Virus record (IMG/VR): IMGVR_UViG_3300013132_000034 | Span: 33,368 to 97,367 of that record | Length of the DNA: 64,000 nt | Direction: 5' to 3' (one strand) | Source of the DNA: a virus | Shown here: piece by piece, positions 1-11,404 of the stretch | Position numbering within the stretch: position 1 is the stretch's first letter | Layout of the letters: every line of letters begins with the position of its first letter | Made by a program: the position numbers and the translations under genes | The notes under the pieces: model-generated | What the model was told of the DNA's origin: nothing | The model's input: only the letters and a program-made list of their open reading frames with translations | Databases searched by the model: none

Positions 1-460
1 AGGGCCATGTATCTGAAAGAGTGTAAAAGTTTGTTAATGCGACATGAGTAGTAGTAGAAAACCCTGTTATCAGAGTATTAATATTATCAAATTTTCCTGC
101 TGCAACTAAATTTGCACCGCAAAGAGTTAATGCACAAACTTTATCTATAGATCTAAATTCATTTGAATTAAAAACTTGATTTCTTGTACCTATATTTTTA
201 AGAGAGAAAAATCTTTGAAAATTTGAATCAAAATATGCTATGTTTATATATTGAAAAGAAGATATAGGAACGTAAAAGGGATATATATAAGGTTCGTTTG
301 TATAATTAGCTATAAAACTGCCACCAAAATACAAATTAGAACCAGAATATGCAATAGCATAAATTAGCGTGGTATTAGTATCAGCACCGCTTAAAGCAAT
401 ATCAATATTTGTCCATTGATCTAAGGCAGCGTCATAATTAATAGGGTTGTAGAATGCCAT
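1..460 (-). CDS. Partial (runs off window start) beta-propeller-repeat virion/adhesin protein
   Basis: Not in the ORF track; open from ATG 460 to the window edge (MAFYNPINYD...IYAIAYSGSNLYFGGSF...VCALTLCGANLVAAGKF...), with repeated 'ALA.SG..LY.GG.F' propeller-blade motifs. TAAATA box at 475-470. Confidence 0.65.
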   Translation of the reverse strand, partial: MAFYNPINYDAALDQWTNIDIALSGADTNTTLIYAIAYSGSNLYFGGSFIANYTNEPYIYPFYVPISSFQYINIAYFDSNFQRFFSLKNIGTRNQVFNSNEFRSIDKVCALTLCGANLVAAGKFDNINTLITGFSTTTHVALTNFYTLSDTWP

Positions 461-475
461 ATTTTTTAATATTTA

Positions 476-1918
476 TTAATTTATATTTCTTCCTATACCA
501 CCAATAATACCGTCTGCAAGCGGTTGACCGTATATCGGTTGAGTTGGTGAAGGTGTAATAGTTGGAGTTGGTGTTGGTTGAACTGTAGATGGAGGTGTTG
601 GTGAAATTTGCGGTGTAGGTTGTGGTGTACTTGTTGGATTTGGTGTATTTGTTGGTGAAGGTGTTACTGTTTGTGATGGTGTATTTGCTGGTGTATCGGT
701 AGGTGTTATTGTTGGTGTTTCGGTAGGTGATATGGTTTGAGTTGGTGTAAAGGATGGTGTCACTGCAGGTGTTGCAGTTTGTGTAGGTGTGCGAGTAGGT
801 GTAGATTGAGGTGTTGATGTCTGTGTTACAGATTTTGTTGGTGTAACCGTTCTTGTAATTGAGCAAGTTGGAGTAAATGTAGGTGTTGGTGTTGTTGTAG
901 GAGTTTTTGTAGGGGTGGGCGAGGCAATTGTACCTGCAACATTAAAATTCTTGATACCAAAGTCGGTATTGTTCAGGGATGAAAAGTTTAATCCTAATTT
1001 TAAGCTATCTAAAGCAATACCTGTGCCTAGAGTTGGGCTGTTATAATTTAAAATAGTTACATAATCATTATAATCACCTGGTTTAATTTTTACTTCTATT
1101 GTTTTACCTAAATCTGTTAATCTTATCTTTATTCTGTTACCTGAATTTGCAGTAAGCGATGATGCTAGATTATTGGTGAGTAAAATAGGCAAAGAATAGA
1201 ATGAGCTGCTTAAATTATCAGATTGTATTAAATGTTTATAGCTATTTAAATAGGAATCTTTAATAGAAACAGAATTTGGCACTACAGTTGAAGTTATATT
1301 GTTAAGCGTTTGTCCAAATCTACCAGTAAAATCAAATCCCACCCCAAGCAATCCACCAGCCTTGCCAGCATAAACAGACCCTACATTTTTTCGTTCTAAG
1401 TTAGGGTACCCCCAACCTGCAGGTTTATTTGGGCCATCTTTCCAATCTACAGCCCATACGGGAAAATCACTATTGCTAGTACTATAATAGTACAACAAAC
1501 TGTTATTAAGCCAAATTCTCCACCCTGTAGGGTATATACCATAAGTAGTATCGTAAAATCCTATTCTTAGACCCCCATCATTTCTATAAATTGGTCTATC
1601 TGTATAATTTGAATAAGCTGAAATATAGATAGGTGTGAATGTATTATTGGCTTCACTTAGTAAGAGATGTGAATTATTAAATATATCACCTGTTAATGGT
1701 AGGTACCCTAGCCCCCAACCAGGCGAACCACCGCTTAGAGAAGAATTACCTTCATAAAAAAATAAACAAAATCCTTCGGAGCCTGTTTCATTTAAATTTT
1801 TATCTAACAAATTACTATATACATTAGTAACATAATCAAATGAAATGACAATATCACCTTCAGGCGACAATTCATAATTAGGAAAAAAAGTATATGACCG
1901 GGTTTCGTTAAAATTCAT
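476..1918 (-). CDS. L-type (legume-like) lectin domain protein with C-terminal Pro/Thr-rich tail; putative tail adhesin
   Basis: Lectin-like motifs GSEGFCLFF, GGSPGWGLGY, GGLLGVGFDFTGRF, PNSVSI; about 130-aa PTPT tract at the C-terminus. Confidence 0.65.
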   Translation of the reverse strand: MNFNETRSYTFFPNYELSPEGDIVISFDYVTNVYSNLLDKNLNETGSEGFCLFFYEGNSSLSGGSPGWGLGYLPLTGDIFNNSHLLLSEANNTFTPIYISAYSNYTDRPIYRNDGGLRIGFYDTTYGIYPTGWRIWLNNSLLYYYSTSNSDFPVWAVDWKDGPNKPAGWGYPNLERKNVGSVYAGKAGGLLGVGFDFTGRFGQTLNNITSTVVPNSVSIKDSYLNSYKHLIQSDNLSSSFYSLPILLTNNLASSLTANSGNRIKIRLTDLGKTIEVKIKPGDYNDYVTILNYNSPTLGTGIALDSLKLGLNFSSLNNTDFGIKNFNVAGTIASPTPTKTPTTTPTPTFTPTCSITRTVTPTKSVTQTSTPQSTPTRTPTQTATPAVTPSFTPTQTISPTETPTITPTDTPANTPSQTVTPSPTNTPNPTSTPQPTPQISPTPPSTVQPTPTPTITPSPTQPIYGQPLADGIIGGIGRNIN

Positions 1919-1919
1919 T

Positions 1920-2192
1920 TTATGGCAAGGTTAGAGTTGGTGTCGGTGTAACAGTACATGTAATGGTTGGTGTTGGTGATTTTGTTGGGTCAGGTGATGT
2001 AGAGGGTGTTGGAGTCGGTTGTGGTAATGGGTAGCTTGATAAGAGAAAACAACTATCACATGAATTTGAGCCAACAATTTCCGCTTTTCTTACATTTATT
2101 AACCCACTATTACCAGTAGAAATATAACAATCACCATAATAATTTACAGTGCTTGATAAAGAATCTGCATATATATAAAGTGAATTTGCCAT
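1920..2192 (-). CDS. Small Pro/Thr-rich virion-associated protein
   Basis: 90-aa ORF with PTPTPS tail; TAAATA box 5 nt upstream of ATG. Confidence 0.6.
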   Translation of the reverse strand: MANSLYIYADSLSSTVNYYGDCYISTGNSGLINVRKAEIVGSNSCDSCFLLSSYPLPQPTPTPSTSPDPTKSPTPTITCTVTPTPTLTLP

Positions 2193-2224
2193 CTAGTTAT
2201 TTATTGTAGCTGTAAAGATTGAAA

Positions 2225-5200
2225 CTATACAACTCTTTGTACATATGGATATGGCGGGTTACCCTTAATAGTAATATTAGTTCCTACAGGACCACCTGAA
2301 CTTGAAACTGGAGATTTAGCAGTTATTGTGTTGTAATAACCATATGGAGCGCATGCGAATTCGTTAATTGGTTGTGTTGATGCATATACAAAACCAATAT
2401 CACTTGTCCAGTTATTTGTACTTGATAATATTAAGCCCTTGACATAAGAAGAATCACTATTAAAGTCAGAAACAAATACTAGAGTAAAGTTTGGATTAGC
2501 AGTATTTGCATAAAATACAGTAAATGCAGATGGACTTATAAGTCTAGTATATGCAGCTGTTAATGTATAATTACCATTTGCAGCAGTTAAACCAGCACCA
2601 CTTACATTTATTACTAATGCATCTGGACATAAATTATTCCATGGTAGCGGGGTTGGTGTTGGCACAGGGTTAGTTACTGTTGGTGTAGGTGTCAATGTAG
2701 GTTGCGGTGAAGGTGTGGGGGTTACAACAGGGCTAAATATTAAACCAGCATCACAATTAACGAATTCACCAACTATCAAGCTAGGTGATGCAGATGTACC
2801 AAACCATAAAATTGATTCATCTTTGTTTTGATATGATGAGAATTGACCTGTAATAGTATTTCCATAAAAAGCTGTAAGCGGCAAAGTAACCGAAAAATTT
2901 AAATCTTTTATAAAAAATTCGGGTTTGTAAGCAATATGTTTTATAAAATCTACATTAGCATTATTAATATAAAATTCATGGTATATATTAACAAATACAT
3001 TATTACTATTTTTCGCGAAATAGTTGAGAACGAATGTATTCGTGTCTTCGTTATAACTTAAAACAGGCTTGTCAATACGTTCTATGTTTGTATCATCATC
3101 TAAATGAACATAAAAACCTGATAAATTTTCGTAACTAACATTAAAAGTAGGATAAATTTTTAAAAATTGAGGATTTGTAATGTTTATTTCATAAATTTCA
3201 GGATACAATACTTTTTTATTTGAAGCACTAAGTTCTGGTATAAGAACCATTTTTGCAATATAAGCTATATTTTGTTTTTCGTTAAAAAATAATGTACTAA
3301 ACTTTTCAAGTTTTTTATTATTGTTATATATTTTAACAAAATTCTTTGAGCTATCGAAGGGTTCAATTATATTCTCTATATAATTATAAGAAAGTTTATC
3401 GAAAATAAAATAATCTTTTGTTTCAATAAATAAAACGTTATAAATTAATTCAAAATTAACAACTCCTTGTTTTATATTATCAACAACAAAACTTGGATAT
3501 TTTTCATAAACGGTTGAAAGAGCAATATCAAGCGTATTTACATTTGTAGTATTTGCATTCTTAACATACAAATTGCCAATTTCTTCATATCTGCTTTCAT
3601 AAATTGATTTGTTTTTATCAAGATTTGTTGATAAAGCTTGTACTGACGTTTGATATTCTGTAGGTACCGCTAAATTAACAAATTCTGCATTGTCATCTCT
3701 ATAATTTAATGTACCGGGTCTTACAGTAGTAGCAGAATTAGATATGGCGCAAGGTGTTTCACCAGCTAAATTAAATCTAAACCCTTCTAAATCTACCAAT
3801 ACATTAGCAGATAGAGGGAATGTATACGAAAATGTAGCTCTATCGACGTTATTAGGTCGAGTATAATCGTCGTTTAAGCTTCCTTCTAACAATTCACTGT
3901 AGTAAACAGGTACTGAAGAGTTAAAATCTGACCTATCTGAAGAAACATCTAATCGTAAATTACTTAAAGGGTCTACAAAAGTAACACAGTCTAATAAGAC
4001 GCAATAAGTTACTTTAAAAATATCACAGTATGTGTCGATGCAAGAGCCATCTTGTTGAACCTCGCAAAAATGACCTTTTCCATAAGCTATAACAAGTAAT
4101 GGTGTTGGTAGTGGTGTAAACCTAACAGGAGCATTGTAGGGGAAATTAATAACATAATTAGCATAAGGGTCTACTCCTGGTAATAATCTATTAATTCCTC
4201 TTGCTGATAAACTTGTATAGTAACCGCTGCCTGGGGGTATTTGTGAAACAGTTCTAGATGTTACACCAGATATATCTTTGTCAGGATTGGGTATAGTTAA
4301 ATCAATATTAAACCCGCTATCAAAATCATAAAATTTATAACCGTCTAACAGTAAACAATTTTTTATTCTTAAATTGGTAAAATTATTTATATTTAAACCT
4401 TTTCTTCCTGTGCCATACAAACCACCGCGCCCGCCAGTGAAATTAAAAAAATCTAATTCTTGTTCTGAAATAAATTGTCCTCTATTTTTACCACCACGGC
4501 CAATCCCTACAGGATTTATTTCTTTATAAAGACCAAAATTATTTCCGTATATATCATTTTTGTATTTTGTGAGAGTCTTGTTTAAAACTAATAAATTAGA
4601 TTGTCTTTGTTCTAAAGGATACAAATTATCTTGTACGGGATAAACGTCGGAATTAGCCCATACTGATTTTGATGAACCTTCAAAAAATTCTGTACTGTCT
4701 ATATCACGTGACATGCCTATAGGTTGATAACCTATAGTTTCACTTCTGCTATGGTAAGCATAAAAGTTTTTATATAATGGATTACTTACTATATTACCAA
4801 AAAGATATTGAGCAGTTCTATTAAAATGCATCCATGAAACATCTTCTTCATAAATTAATGGTGATTCAAAATCTGTTTCAGATAAGTTAGTAATATTACC
4901 ATATTGAGAAGGGTCAGGAAATACGTAAACTTTATTTGTTTTTAATTTATTATTATCTATATCTACTGTATGTTTAAAATTATTAAAATTTAATACGCCT
5001 AATTTGTCAGGTAGAAAGAATCCCCCTATTTGTCTTATATTTTTTAAATTACTTTCATTTTCAACTGCAGCTGCAGAAGGAAATCTTTTATTTAAAAAAT
5101 TTGTAGATTTATCTTCGGCTTCAAAAAGTAACCCCGAAGCTATATCTGAAAGAGTATTTCCTACACTTAAATAATAATAGTCAGTGCCAATAAATTTTTG

Positions 5201-6097
5201 TATTAAATCTTTTTCTAAATTTAAATTTAAATTATTTTTTTCTAAATTATTTATTTGATTTATAAAATCCCTATCTTTTAAATATTGTAAATCATCAGAA
5301 TTTACTTGAAAATTAATTGAATAAGAGGTATTTAAATCGTTGAGAAAAAATGTATAAGCAGTTATAGCATCAATTATGATTTTATCAAAATCAGTAAATA
5401 ATTTTGTATTAAATTCATTAGTATTTGATGTATAAAAATCTGATGAAAATGTTTTGTTGTATGTAGTTGCGGGTAAGTCAGGGTTAAGATCAAAATATTG
5501 TGATTCATCGTACAGTTCATTTATTTCTAAACCTATATTATTTTTAACAGAAGAAAGATCGAATAAATTAGTTTGATTGGATACAAGCTCTATAGCTTTT
5601 AATGCTTTAAAAATTTCATTTTTTATTAAAGTTTTTACACCAGCTTGCGAACCCTTCAATGAATTTTCATATTTTTTAAACGGTACATTCTGTCTTAATA
5701 ATGAGTAATAGTTACATATTTCTTTAATTTTTTTAGTGAAAAATGGTATAACAGAATATAAATCTAAATCATTATTAAAATCTGCATTAGTAACGAATCT
5801 TCTTTCTTCTAAAGTAGAGAAATTAAGTAAAACTTCTCTTAAAAAACCTACAAATGTAGATCTAACGAAATCAGTGCTTTCGATTTTATCTATTTTTTTA
5901 TATTTGTACCATTGTAAGAGATAGTATTTGTATTGTGAAACTAAGAACTCGCTATCTGATTCGGATGAATTTGTTTTTATTAAAAAATTTAAAAATGTGA
6001 AAGGTTCATTATAATCGCCTGCATTAACTGTTTTGCCGGATATTATAGAATCAGGTACAGATATTAAAATTGTATTTTTTTCTAAAACATCGGACAT
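2225..6097 (-). CDS. Large baseplate/tail structural protein (gp7-like wedge N-terminal region, PT linker, C-terminal VSGAG-NG.Y module)
   Basis: 1290 aa in the baseplate cluster; 'IPFFTKKIKEI..YY...LKGS..G' wedge-like segment; PT linker followed by INVSGAGLTAANGNY. Confidence 0.55.
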   Translation of the reverse strand: MSDVLEKNTILISVPDSIISGKTVNAGDYNEPFTFLNFLIKTNSSESDSEFLVSQYKYYLLQWYKYKKIDKIESTDFVRSTFVGFLREVLLNFSTLEERRFVTNADFNNDLDLYSVIPFFTKKIKEICNYYSLLRQNVPFKKYENSLKGSQAGVKTLIKNEIFKALKAIELVSNQTNLFDLSSVKNNIGLEINELYDESQYFDLNPDLPATTYNKTFSSDFYTSNTNEFNTKLFTDFDKIIIDAITAYTFFLNDLNTSYSINFQVNSDDLQYLKDRDFINQINNLEKNNLNLNLEKDLIQKFIGTDYYYLSVGNTLSDIASGLLFEAEDKSTNFLNKRFPSAAAVENESNLKNIRQIGGFFLPDKLGVLNFNNFKHTVDIDNNKLKTNKVYVFPDPSQYGNITNLSETDFESPLIYEEDVSWMHFNRTAQYLFGNIVSNPLYKNFYAYHSRSETIGYQPIGMSRDIDSTEFFEGSSKSVWANSDVYPVQDNLYPLEQRQSNLLVLNKTLTKYKNDIYGNNFGLYKEINPVGIGRGGKNRGQFISEQELDFFNFTGGRGGLYGTGRKGLNINNFTNLRIKNCLLLDGYKFYDFDSGFNIDLTIPNPDKDISGVTSRTVSQIPPGSGYYTSLSARGINRLLPGVDPYANYVINFPYNAPVRFTPLPTPLLVIAYGKGHFCEVQQDGSCIDTYCDIFKVTYCVLLDCVTFVDPLSNLRLDVSSDRSDFNSSVPVYYSELLEGSLNDDYTRPNNVDRATFSYTFPLSANVLVDLEGFRFNLAGETPCAISNSATTVRPGTLNYRDDNAEFVNLAVPTEYQTSVQALSTNLDKNKSIYESRYEEIGNLYVKNANTTNVNTLDIALSTVYEKYPSFVVDNIKQGVVNFELIYNVLFIETKDYFIFDKLSYNYIENIIEPFDSSKNFVKIYNNNKKLEKFSTLFFNEKQNIAYIAKMVLIPELSASNKKVLYPEIYEINITNPQFLKIYPTFNVSYENLSGFYVHLDDDTNIERIDKPVLSYNEDTNTFVLNYFAKNSNNVFVNIYHEFYINNANVDFIKHIAYKPEFFIKDLNFSVTLPLTAFYGNTITGQFSSYQNKDESILWFGTSASPSLIVGEFVNCDAGLIFSPVVTPTPSPQPTLTPTPTVTNPVPTPTPLPWNNLCPDALVINVSGAGLTAANGNYTLTAAYTRLISPSAFTVFYANTANPNFTLVFVSDFNSDSSYVKGLILSSTNNWTSDIGFVYASTQPINEFACAPYGYYNTITAKSPVSSSGGPVGTNITIKGNPPYPYVQRVV

Positions 6098-6105
6098 GTT
6101 ATTAT

Positions 6106-9100
6106 TTAATTATAGTATACATTCGTTGCACTGGTGAAAAGCTTTAACCCATTAACAAATGTATACGCTATATTTTGATCTAAAATACCATCTTCACTGT
6201 AAAAGTCGTTATGAGTGCTAAGATTAAATTTTAAATTGCTATTTTTATTGTTAAAATCTAGTATATTGTTGTATATTTCTTGATCTACTTTCTTTAATCT
6301 GTAAAACTCGTAGTAACCCGCTATGTCTATACCCGAGATAGATGAAGGTGCTACAAGGCCCCAACCCCAATCATAATTAAAAGTAATAAATGGTATTATA
6401 TCGCTAGATAGAGCACCGTTTATAATAGTTGTATTAACGGCTTTATAAGTGTTAGAAAACTTTTCTTTGGCAACAATAGTTTCAGTAGCAGAAAAGGTAT
6501 CTGTAGTCAAATTAATTATATCACCTAAATTTTCAAGGTTAGAGAAATTGTTATTTGATTGATTCTTATTTCCAAAAAGTAAATTTCTCTTAATGCTGCC
6601 TAAATCTAGGATACGTCTGAGAGATGGTGGGTAGGGATACTGGTAGTTTTCAAAGTCAACACCAAACATCTCACACTTTGACAACAATGACTCAATATTA
6701 CAGCTATTAACATCCGCAATATTTTGATTAAAATTACCTATCTTTTCATAAATCTTTTTAAGCAAAGCTGTATTTACATTAGAATTTTCATCACCAACTA
6801 TAGTTCCAAGAAAGTCATTAAAAAATACCGGTTTATCTTGTAATGTTTCTGTAAGTGCGTAATTTTTGTACATTTTTTGGCCATCGAAATCTTCTTTATT
6901 TTTAAACATTAAATTAAAACCTGATGCAGGTAAAATATTAAATGTTGAGGATGTCCCTGATATTAGTCGTGTATTATCGGTTGTGTAATAATACTTGTTA
7001 ATCCACCTGTAACCTAAAAAGTCGCCATCTGCTTGATATTTGTCATCATAATAAGCAGATATTGGATATAAATAAAAATTGTTAGGTGCAGAAACAATTT
7101 CTATATTTTTTAATGCAGATAAAGAAAAATTTTCGGATGAATTAGCAGGTAAAAAATAAATTTTTCTATCAAAATTATTTATTGTTAATATTTCATTTAA
7201 AGAATTACAAGAAATACCTTCTAAACTTTGTATGTAATCGGTAACATTACCATATGCACCATCAATAAAATAGTCATTTCTTTGTAGAGAATCATATTCA
7301 ATTTTTGTTAATTTAGAAATTCCATGTGATACCCAGCAATGTTGACTCCCATCTACTGTAATATCGGAAGGTAAATAAAAATTATCAAAAGTAGAGAGAA
7401 TATTAAGCTTGTTATCGAATAAAACAACCAGATCATTTCTATTTTCTATATCTGCAGATGAAGCATCACTATTTAAACTATAAGCTGTAGCCCATATATT
7501 ATTATTTCTATCAACAATAATTTTTTGAAAATAATAATTACTAAGTTTAGTTGATGAAAGAAAATTTAATTCATTATCATACTTCATAATTTTTGAACAC
7601 AATGGGTGTGAAAGCACAACAAACACATCATTATTTTTATCTATATCAACAAAAGATGGGAGTATAATATTTTCGCCTGCAAATCCATTATACTGAATAT
7701 AATTAGCAGAAGTAATAAAGTTATTTGTTCCTAAGCTTTTTATTTTAACAATTTTATCAGTAAAATTGTCTATCTTTATAACTGAACCACTGTCAAATAA
7801 AGTTACAAAAACATTATTATTACTGTCTATTGCAATACAAGAAGGTGCTGCGCTTCCTCCTGCGGAGTCTAGCAATGTAGCAGTAGTGCCATCATTTAAT
7901 GTTACCCCTGATAATGCTATATTTGCAAGTATATTGCCTTTATAATCATATTTTAAAATTTTATCACTATCACTATCGCCTACCCAAAAACAATAATCAT
8001 CAAGAGTAGAGTTAGAAGAAGGTATTTGTGATATAGTAAATATACTTCTACAATCTAAAGAGTTTAAGAAGTCATAATTAGTAATGGTAAGTTTTGGTGT
8101 AAATTTTGGTGAAGTAGAAAAATAAGAAGTTGAAAAATACCTTGCAATATTATTTGAATACGGTTGTGAATAAAAAATAAAAGCTGTATCTTGCTCGAAA
8201 TTAGGTATATCATCTATGTAAGCTATTGCAGATAATCTTGCAGAAAGAACAGATGTTTCGGTAATAAAATATCCTCTATAAAACCCGCCCGAATTTGAAA
8301 TATCTTTTTCAAAATTTGTTTTATAGAAAACAGTATTAGGAATTTCTTTATTGCTACCATCTACTAATACTATTTTTAAATTATATGACGTGGTTGGAGA
8401 AGTATTGGTAGCTGAAAGATAGGGATAGCTTTTAGTTGTAAAATTGTCTTTATCTTTTAATTTTACAACAAATGGTATTTTAGTTGATGCAAAACTTGTA
8501 TTGCTCATTTGAAAACCATTAAAAATTTCGGTTCCTTCACCATCTAACCCGTTTGAAGTAATAGTAAGCTTAGCAGCAGGGTTATAGCGTGTTTTAATAA
8601 TTGGTAGGACGGCAGGTATTGTATTTAAATAGGAAATACTAAGTGGTTTTAAATTTTCATATGAATTTTGATTTATTGACATGAAATCGTAAAATTTAGA
8701 TGTATCAAGCGATGCAAAAATAAATATAGGGTCATTGTCAGAAACGTTGTTCTTATTACTATCATCAGAATAATAAAAATTAGCGGTACCAGATGTTCCA
8801 ACTAAAAATGCATTACTATCTTCTTTGTTGCAATAAATAATTTTTTTATTTTCTATTTTTGCATATATTTCATTATTTGTAGAAATTATTTTATCAACAA
8901 TAACGTCTTGTAATATACCGTTTATTTCTTTCTTTTCAACAAATTTAAAAAATTTCTTAAGGTGTGCCCATTTATCTTTGTAATAATTACTTACATCATA
9001 ATAATATGTACCGGATCCGCTAGCGTATAAATTGAATGTATAACCGGTTGCAGATAACATATTGTAATTTTGCCAACTGTTCGTTCTTGTAAGTGTTATT

Positions 9101-9549
9101 TTATCCGACAATCTACCCGCGGGTATATCAATTATAAAATGTTGTTGATCAGTAAATTCATATTTATCAGGTATAAAATTTACAGCTTGTACATTAACAA
9201 CAAAACTATTTAAATAACTTTCCCCGTCTTGATTTATTAAATATAATTTTACTTCATAGTTTCCCGGAAATTTATACCAGTGTGTTCCGGTAGGAGCAAT
9301 TTTATAAGTTCCATCGCCAAAATCCCATCTTATTTTTACATTTGAATAATCATTTGTATCTGTAATATACTGTGTGTTAGAATAAGAGGTAAGCGGGGAA
9401 ATAAATGTATTTGTTGATACAATTCGTACAAGAGTAAAATCAGGTACAAATGTTAACGGTGTTTGCTCTAATGTAAATGTTGATAAAGCAGGTTTTCCAG
9501 TATAGTCATATACATTAACGTAAAGATCATTTGTATTGATGAAGGGCAT
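6106..9549 (-). CDS. Baseplate structural protein with PKD domain and NHL-like beta-propeller
   Basis: PKD motif KIRWDFGDGT...THWYKFPGNYEVKL; repeats such as IAIDSNNNVFV, VDIDKNNDVFV, IIVDRNNNIWA; directly downstream of gp6. Confidence 0.65.
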   Translation of the reverse strand: MPFINTNDLYVNVYDYTGKPALSTFTLEQTPLTFVPDFTLVRIVSTNTFISPLTSYSNTQYITDTNDYSNVKIRWDFGDGTYKIAPTGTHWYKFPGNYEVKLYLINQDGESYLNSFVVNVQAVNFIPDKYEFTDQQHFIIDIPAGRLSDKITLTRTNSWQNYNMLSATGYTFNLYASGSGTYYYDVSNYYKDKWAHLKKFFKFVEKKEINGILQDVIVDKIISTNNEIYAKIENKKIIYCNKEDSNAFLVGTSGTANFYYSDDSNKNNVSDNDPIFIFASLDTSKFYDFMSINQNSYENLKPLSISYLNTIPAVLPIIKTRYNPAAKLTITSNGLDGEGTEIFNGFQMSNTSFASTKIPFVVKLKDKDNFTTKSYPYLSATNTSPTTSYNLKIVLVDGSNKEIPNTVFYKTNFEKDISNSGGFYRGYFITETSVLSARLSAIAYIDDIPNFEQDTAFIFYSQPYSNNIARYFSTSYFSTSPKFTPKLTITNYDFLNSLDCRSIFTISQIPSSNSTLDDYCFWVGDSDSDKILKYDYKGNILANIALSGVTLNDGTTATLLDSAGGSAAPSCIAIDSNNNVFVTLFDSGSVIKIDNFTDKIVKIKSLGTNNFITSANYIQYNGFAGENIILPSFVDIDKNNDVFVVLSHPLCSKIMKYDNELNFLSSTKLSNYYFQKIIVDRNNNIWATAYSLNSDASSADIENRNDLVVLFDNKLNILSTFDNFYLPSDITVDGSQHCWVSHGISKLTKIEYDSLQRNDYFIDGAYGNVTDYIQSLEGISCNSLNEILTINNFDRKIYFLPANSSENFSLSALKNIEIVSAPNNFYLYPISAYYDDKYQADGDFLGYRWINKYYYTTDNTRLISGTSSTFNILPASGFNLMFKNKEDFDGQKMYKNYALTETLQDKPVFFNDFLGTIVGDENSNVNTALLKKIYEKIGNFNQNIADVNSCNIESLLSKCEMFGVDFENYQYPYPPSLRRILDLGSIKRNLLFGNKNQSNNNFSNLENLGDIINLTTDTFSATETIVAKEKFSNTYKAVNTTIINGALSSDIIPFITFNYDWGWGLVAPSSISGIDIAGYYEFYRLKKVDQEIYNNILDFNNKNSNLKFNLSTHNDFYSEDGILDQNIAYTFVNGLKLFTSATNVYYN

Positions 9550-9551
9550 TT

Positions 9552-11402
9552 TTAGTATTCAATTTTAGTGTTTACAGTAGAAGTTGTAAGTACCTCAATT
9601 TTATTAAGAATGTCTAGCGGGTTATTAAGGAAGGGGTATTTAAAATATGGAAATAAATAATTTTGCGATACAATCTGTATATCGTTTTCGGGGTAAACTG
9701 GATTCCAAACTAAAAAATTCAATCCCGGTACTTTAAACGTACCCATATCATCAGTTCTCTCAACATAAAAATCTTCTACACCATCAATAGCAAATATTTT
9801 TGTAGTAATATCGTTTATATCAAATAATTTACCTAAATTATTACTAGTTGATTCGAAGGCAGTTTTAATAATATTGTATACAGTATTTTTAATAGTTTGG
9901 GTGTCTACCTGAGAAAGTACATTTTTTGTAATGATTAGCTTGGATTGTGTCGTAACATTAGGTGATAAGTTTTCCCCCGCTCTCATTATACCGAAGTCAA
10001 CTGATACATATACAGGGTCAAATATTAAAACCTCAGAAGTAAGAGTTTTAAAATTTTGTAACGTATTTAAAATTAATTCTTTTTGTGCAGTGTTTAGATA
10101 ATTAGTTCTCTGTGTTAAAGAAGTAATTTTATCTAATCTAGGCACCCCATAGATGTATATGTTGTTAAAATCACAAGTATCAGCAAATTTTGTTTGGTTG
10201 AATAAAACTCTAGAATCATTATTTGGTCTTTTTAACCCCAAATCATAGTAATATCTAAAATGACCATTCAAATAATCCCAATTATTAACTGCTTTTGTAG
10301 CGCTTATGATATTTGCAAAATTTTTATTAACAAAAGATTCATAATCTTGAGCAGTAACTAATCTAAATTGAGAATTATATATTCTAGGAGCGTTTGTTTT
10401 AATTTCTTCAGCAGATTCTTTATCTTGAAACTTGGTTGATGGTTCGTTATTTGAGAATGTAAGGTATCGAGTTTGATCATTATTTAACAAATTTAAATTT
10501 GTTGAAACAGTATCTTTTATTATAGTATTATATCTTAAAGAATCATATAAAAATAATTTATTACCATCTAATGTTCCTATATCGACTTCACCCCTATCAC
10601 CGTCAGTTTGTAAGAAATAAATAGCAACTTCATCGCCCTCTTCTAATTTTTTTCCAGTAATGCCATTACCAAATTTAATTTCGTAGCGCTCATTTTCATT
10701 TAATCTTTTTTCAAAAACTCTGCTATTTGAATCATTTAAAAATAATCATGCAGTTTCTGAATACTTAAAATATTTACTTGATGATTTTTCTTTTACATAA
10801 ACATCAATATTAAAATGATCAATTTTTTGATTTTCTTGATTTGCAATAAATGTTATGGTTAATTGTTCGTATTCTTCACCGCTTGCTGTATAAGTAGGGT
10901 ATTCAACGTAAGCTCCTTGATATAATAAATTAGTTTGAGAAAATAAACTTAAAATTTCATCTAAATTTGCCTCTTTAATAAAAGTAGCATCATTATTAAA
11001 GCTATAAGTAATTCCGTTTAAAGTAAAATAAGAATATCTTTTAATTGTATATGTATCTACTGGTAGACTTTTTGATGCTATTGAATTAAAACTTAATAAT
11101 GCAGATTGATATCCTATAGGCTTGTAATTTAATTCTTTTACTATTTTGTTTATATTTTCGTACAACGTTGCTTGACTGAATAAAGTTTCTGCTGCTGTTC
11201 TATTTAAATAAAACAAAAGAACATGATAAGCATAAGCTATAATATCAATAACAGAAGAAATATTACTACCTTCATAATTTTGATCCGTAAATGTATTATT
11301 AGCATTTAATCTATCAATAATAAGTTGCTTGAGTGATAAAGCATCAAAAGCAGCATAGCCGTCTCTATTAATTAAGAAATTTGAATCTTGTTCTACACTC
11401 AT
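9552..11402 (-). CDS. Baseplate wedge protein gp6-like, interrupted as written by one in-frame TGA at 10748-10746
   Basis: ORFs 10746-11402 and 9552-10490 are in the same frame. The gap translates as LFLNDSNSRVFEKRLNENERYEIKFGNGITGKKLEEGDEVAIYFLQTDG (gp6 FGNG motif). N-terminal DQNYEGSNISSVIDIIAY and C-terminal ESAEEIKTNAP..RLVTAQDYE are gp6 signatures. Confidence 0.85.
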
Positions 11403-11404
11403 AA

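Noticed and set aside
438-866. 142-aa Tyr/Thr/Asn-rich ORF
   Set aside because: Alternative-frame shadow of the PT tract in 476-1918.
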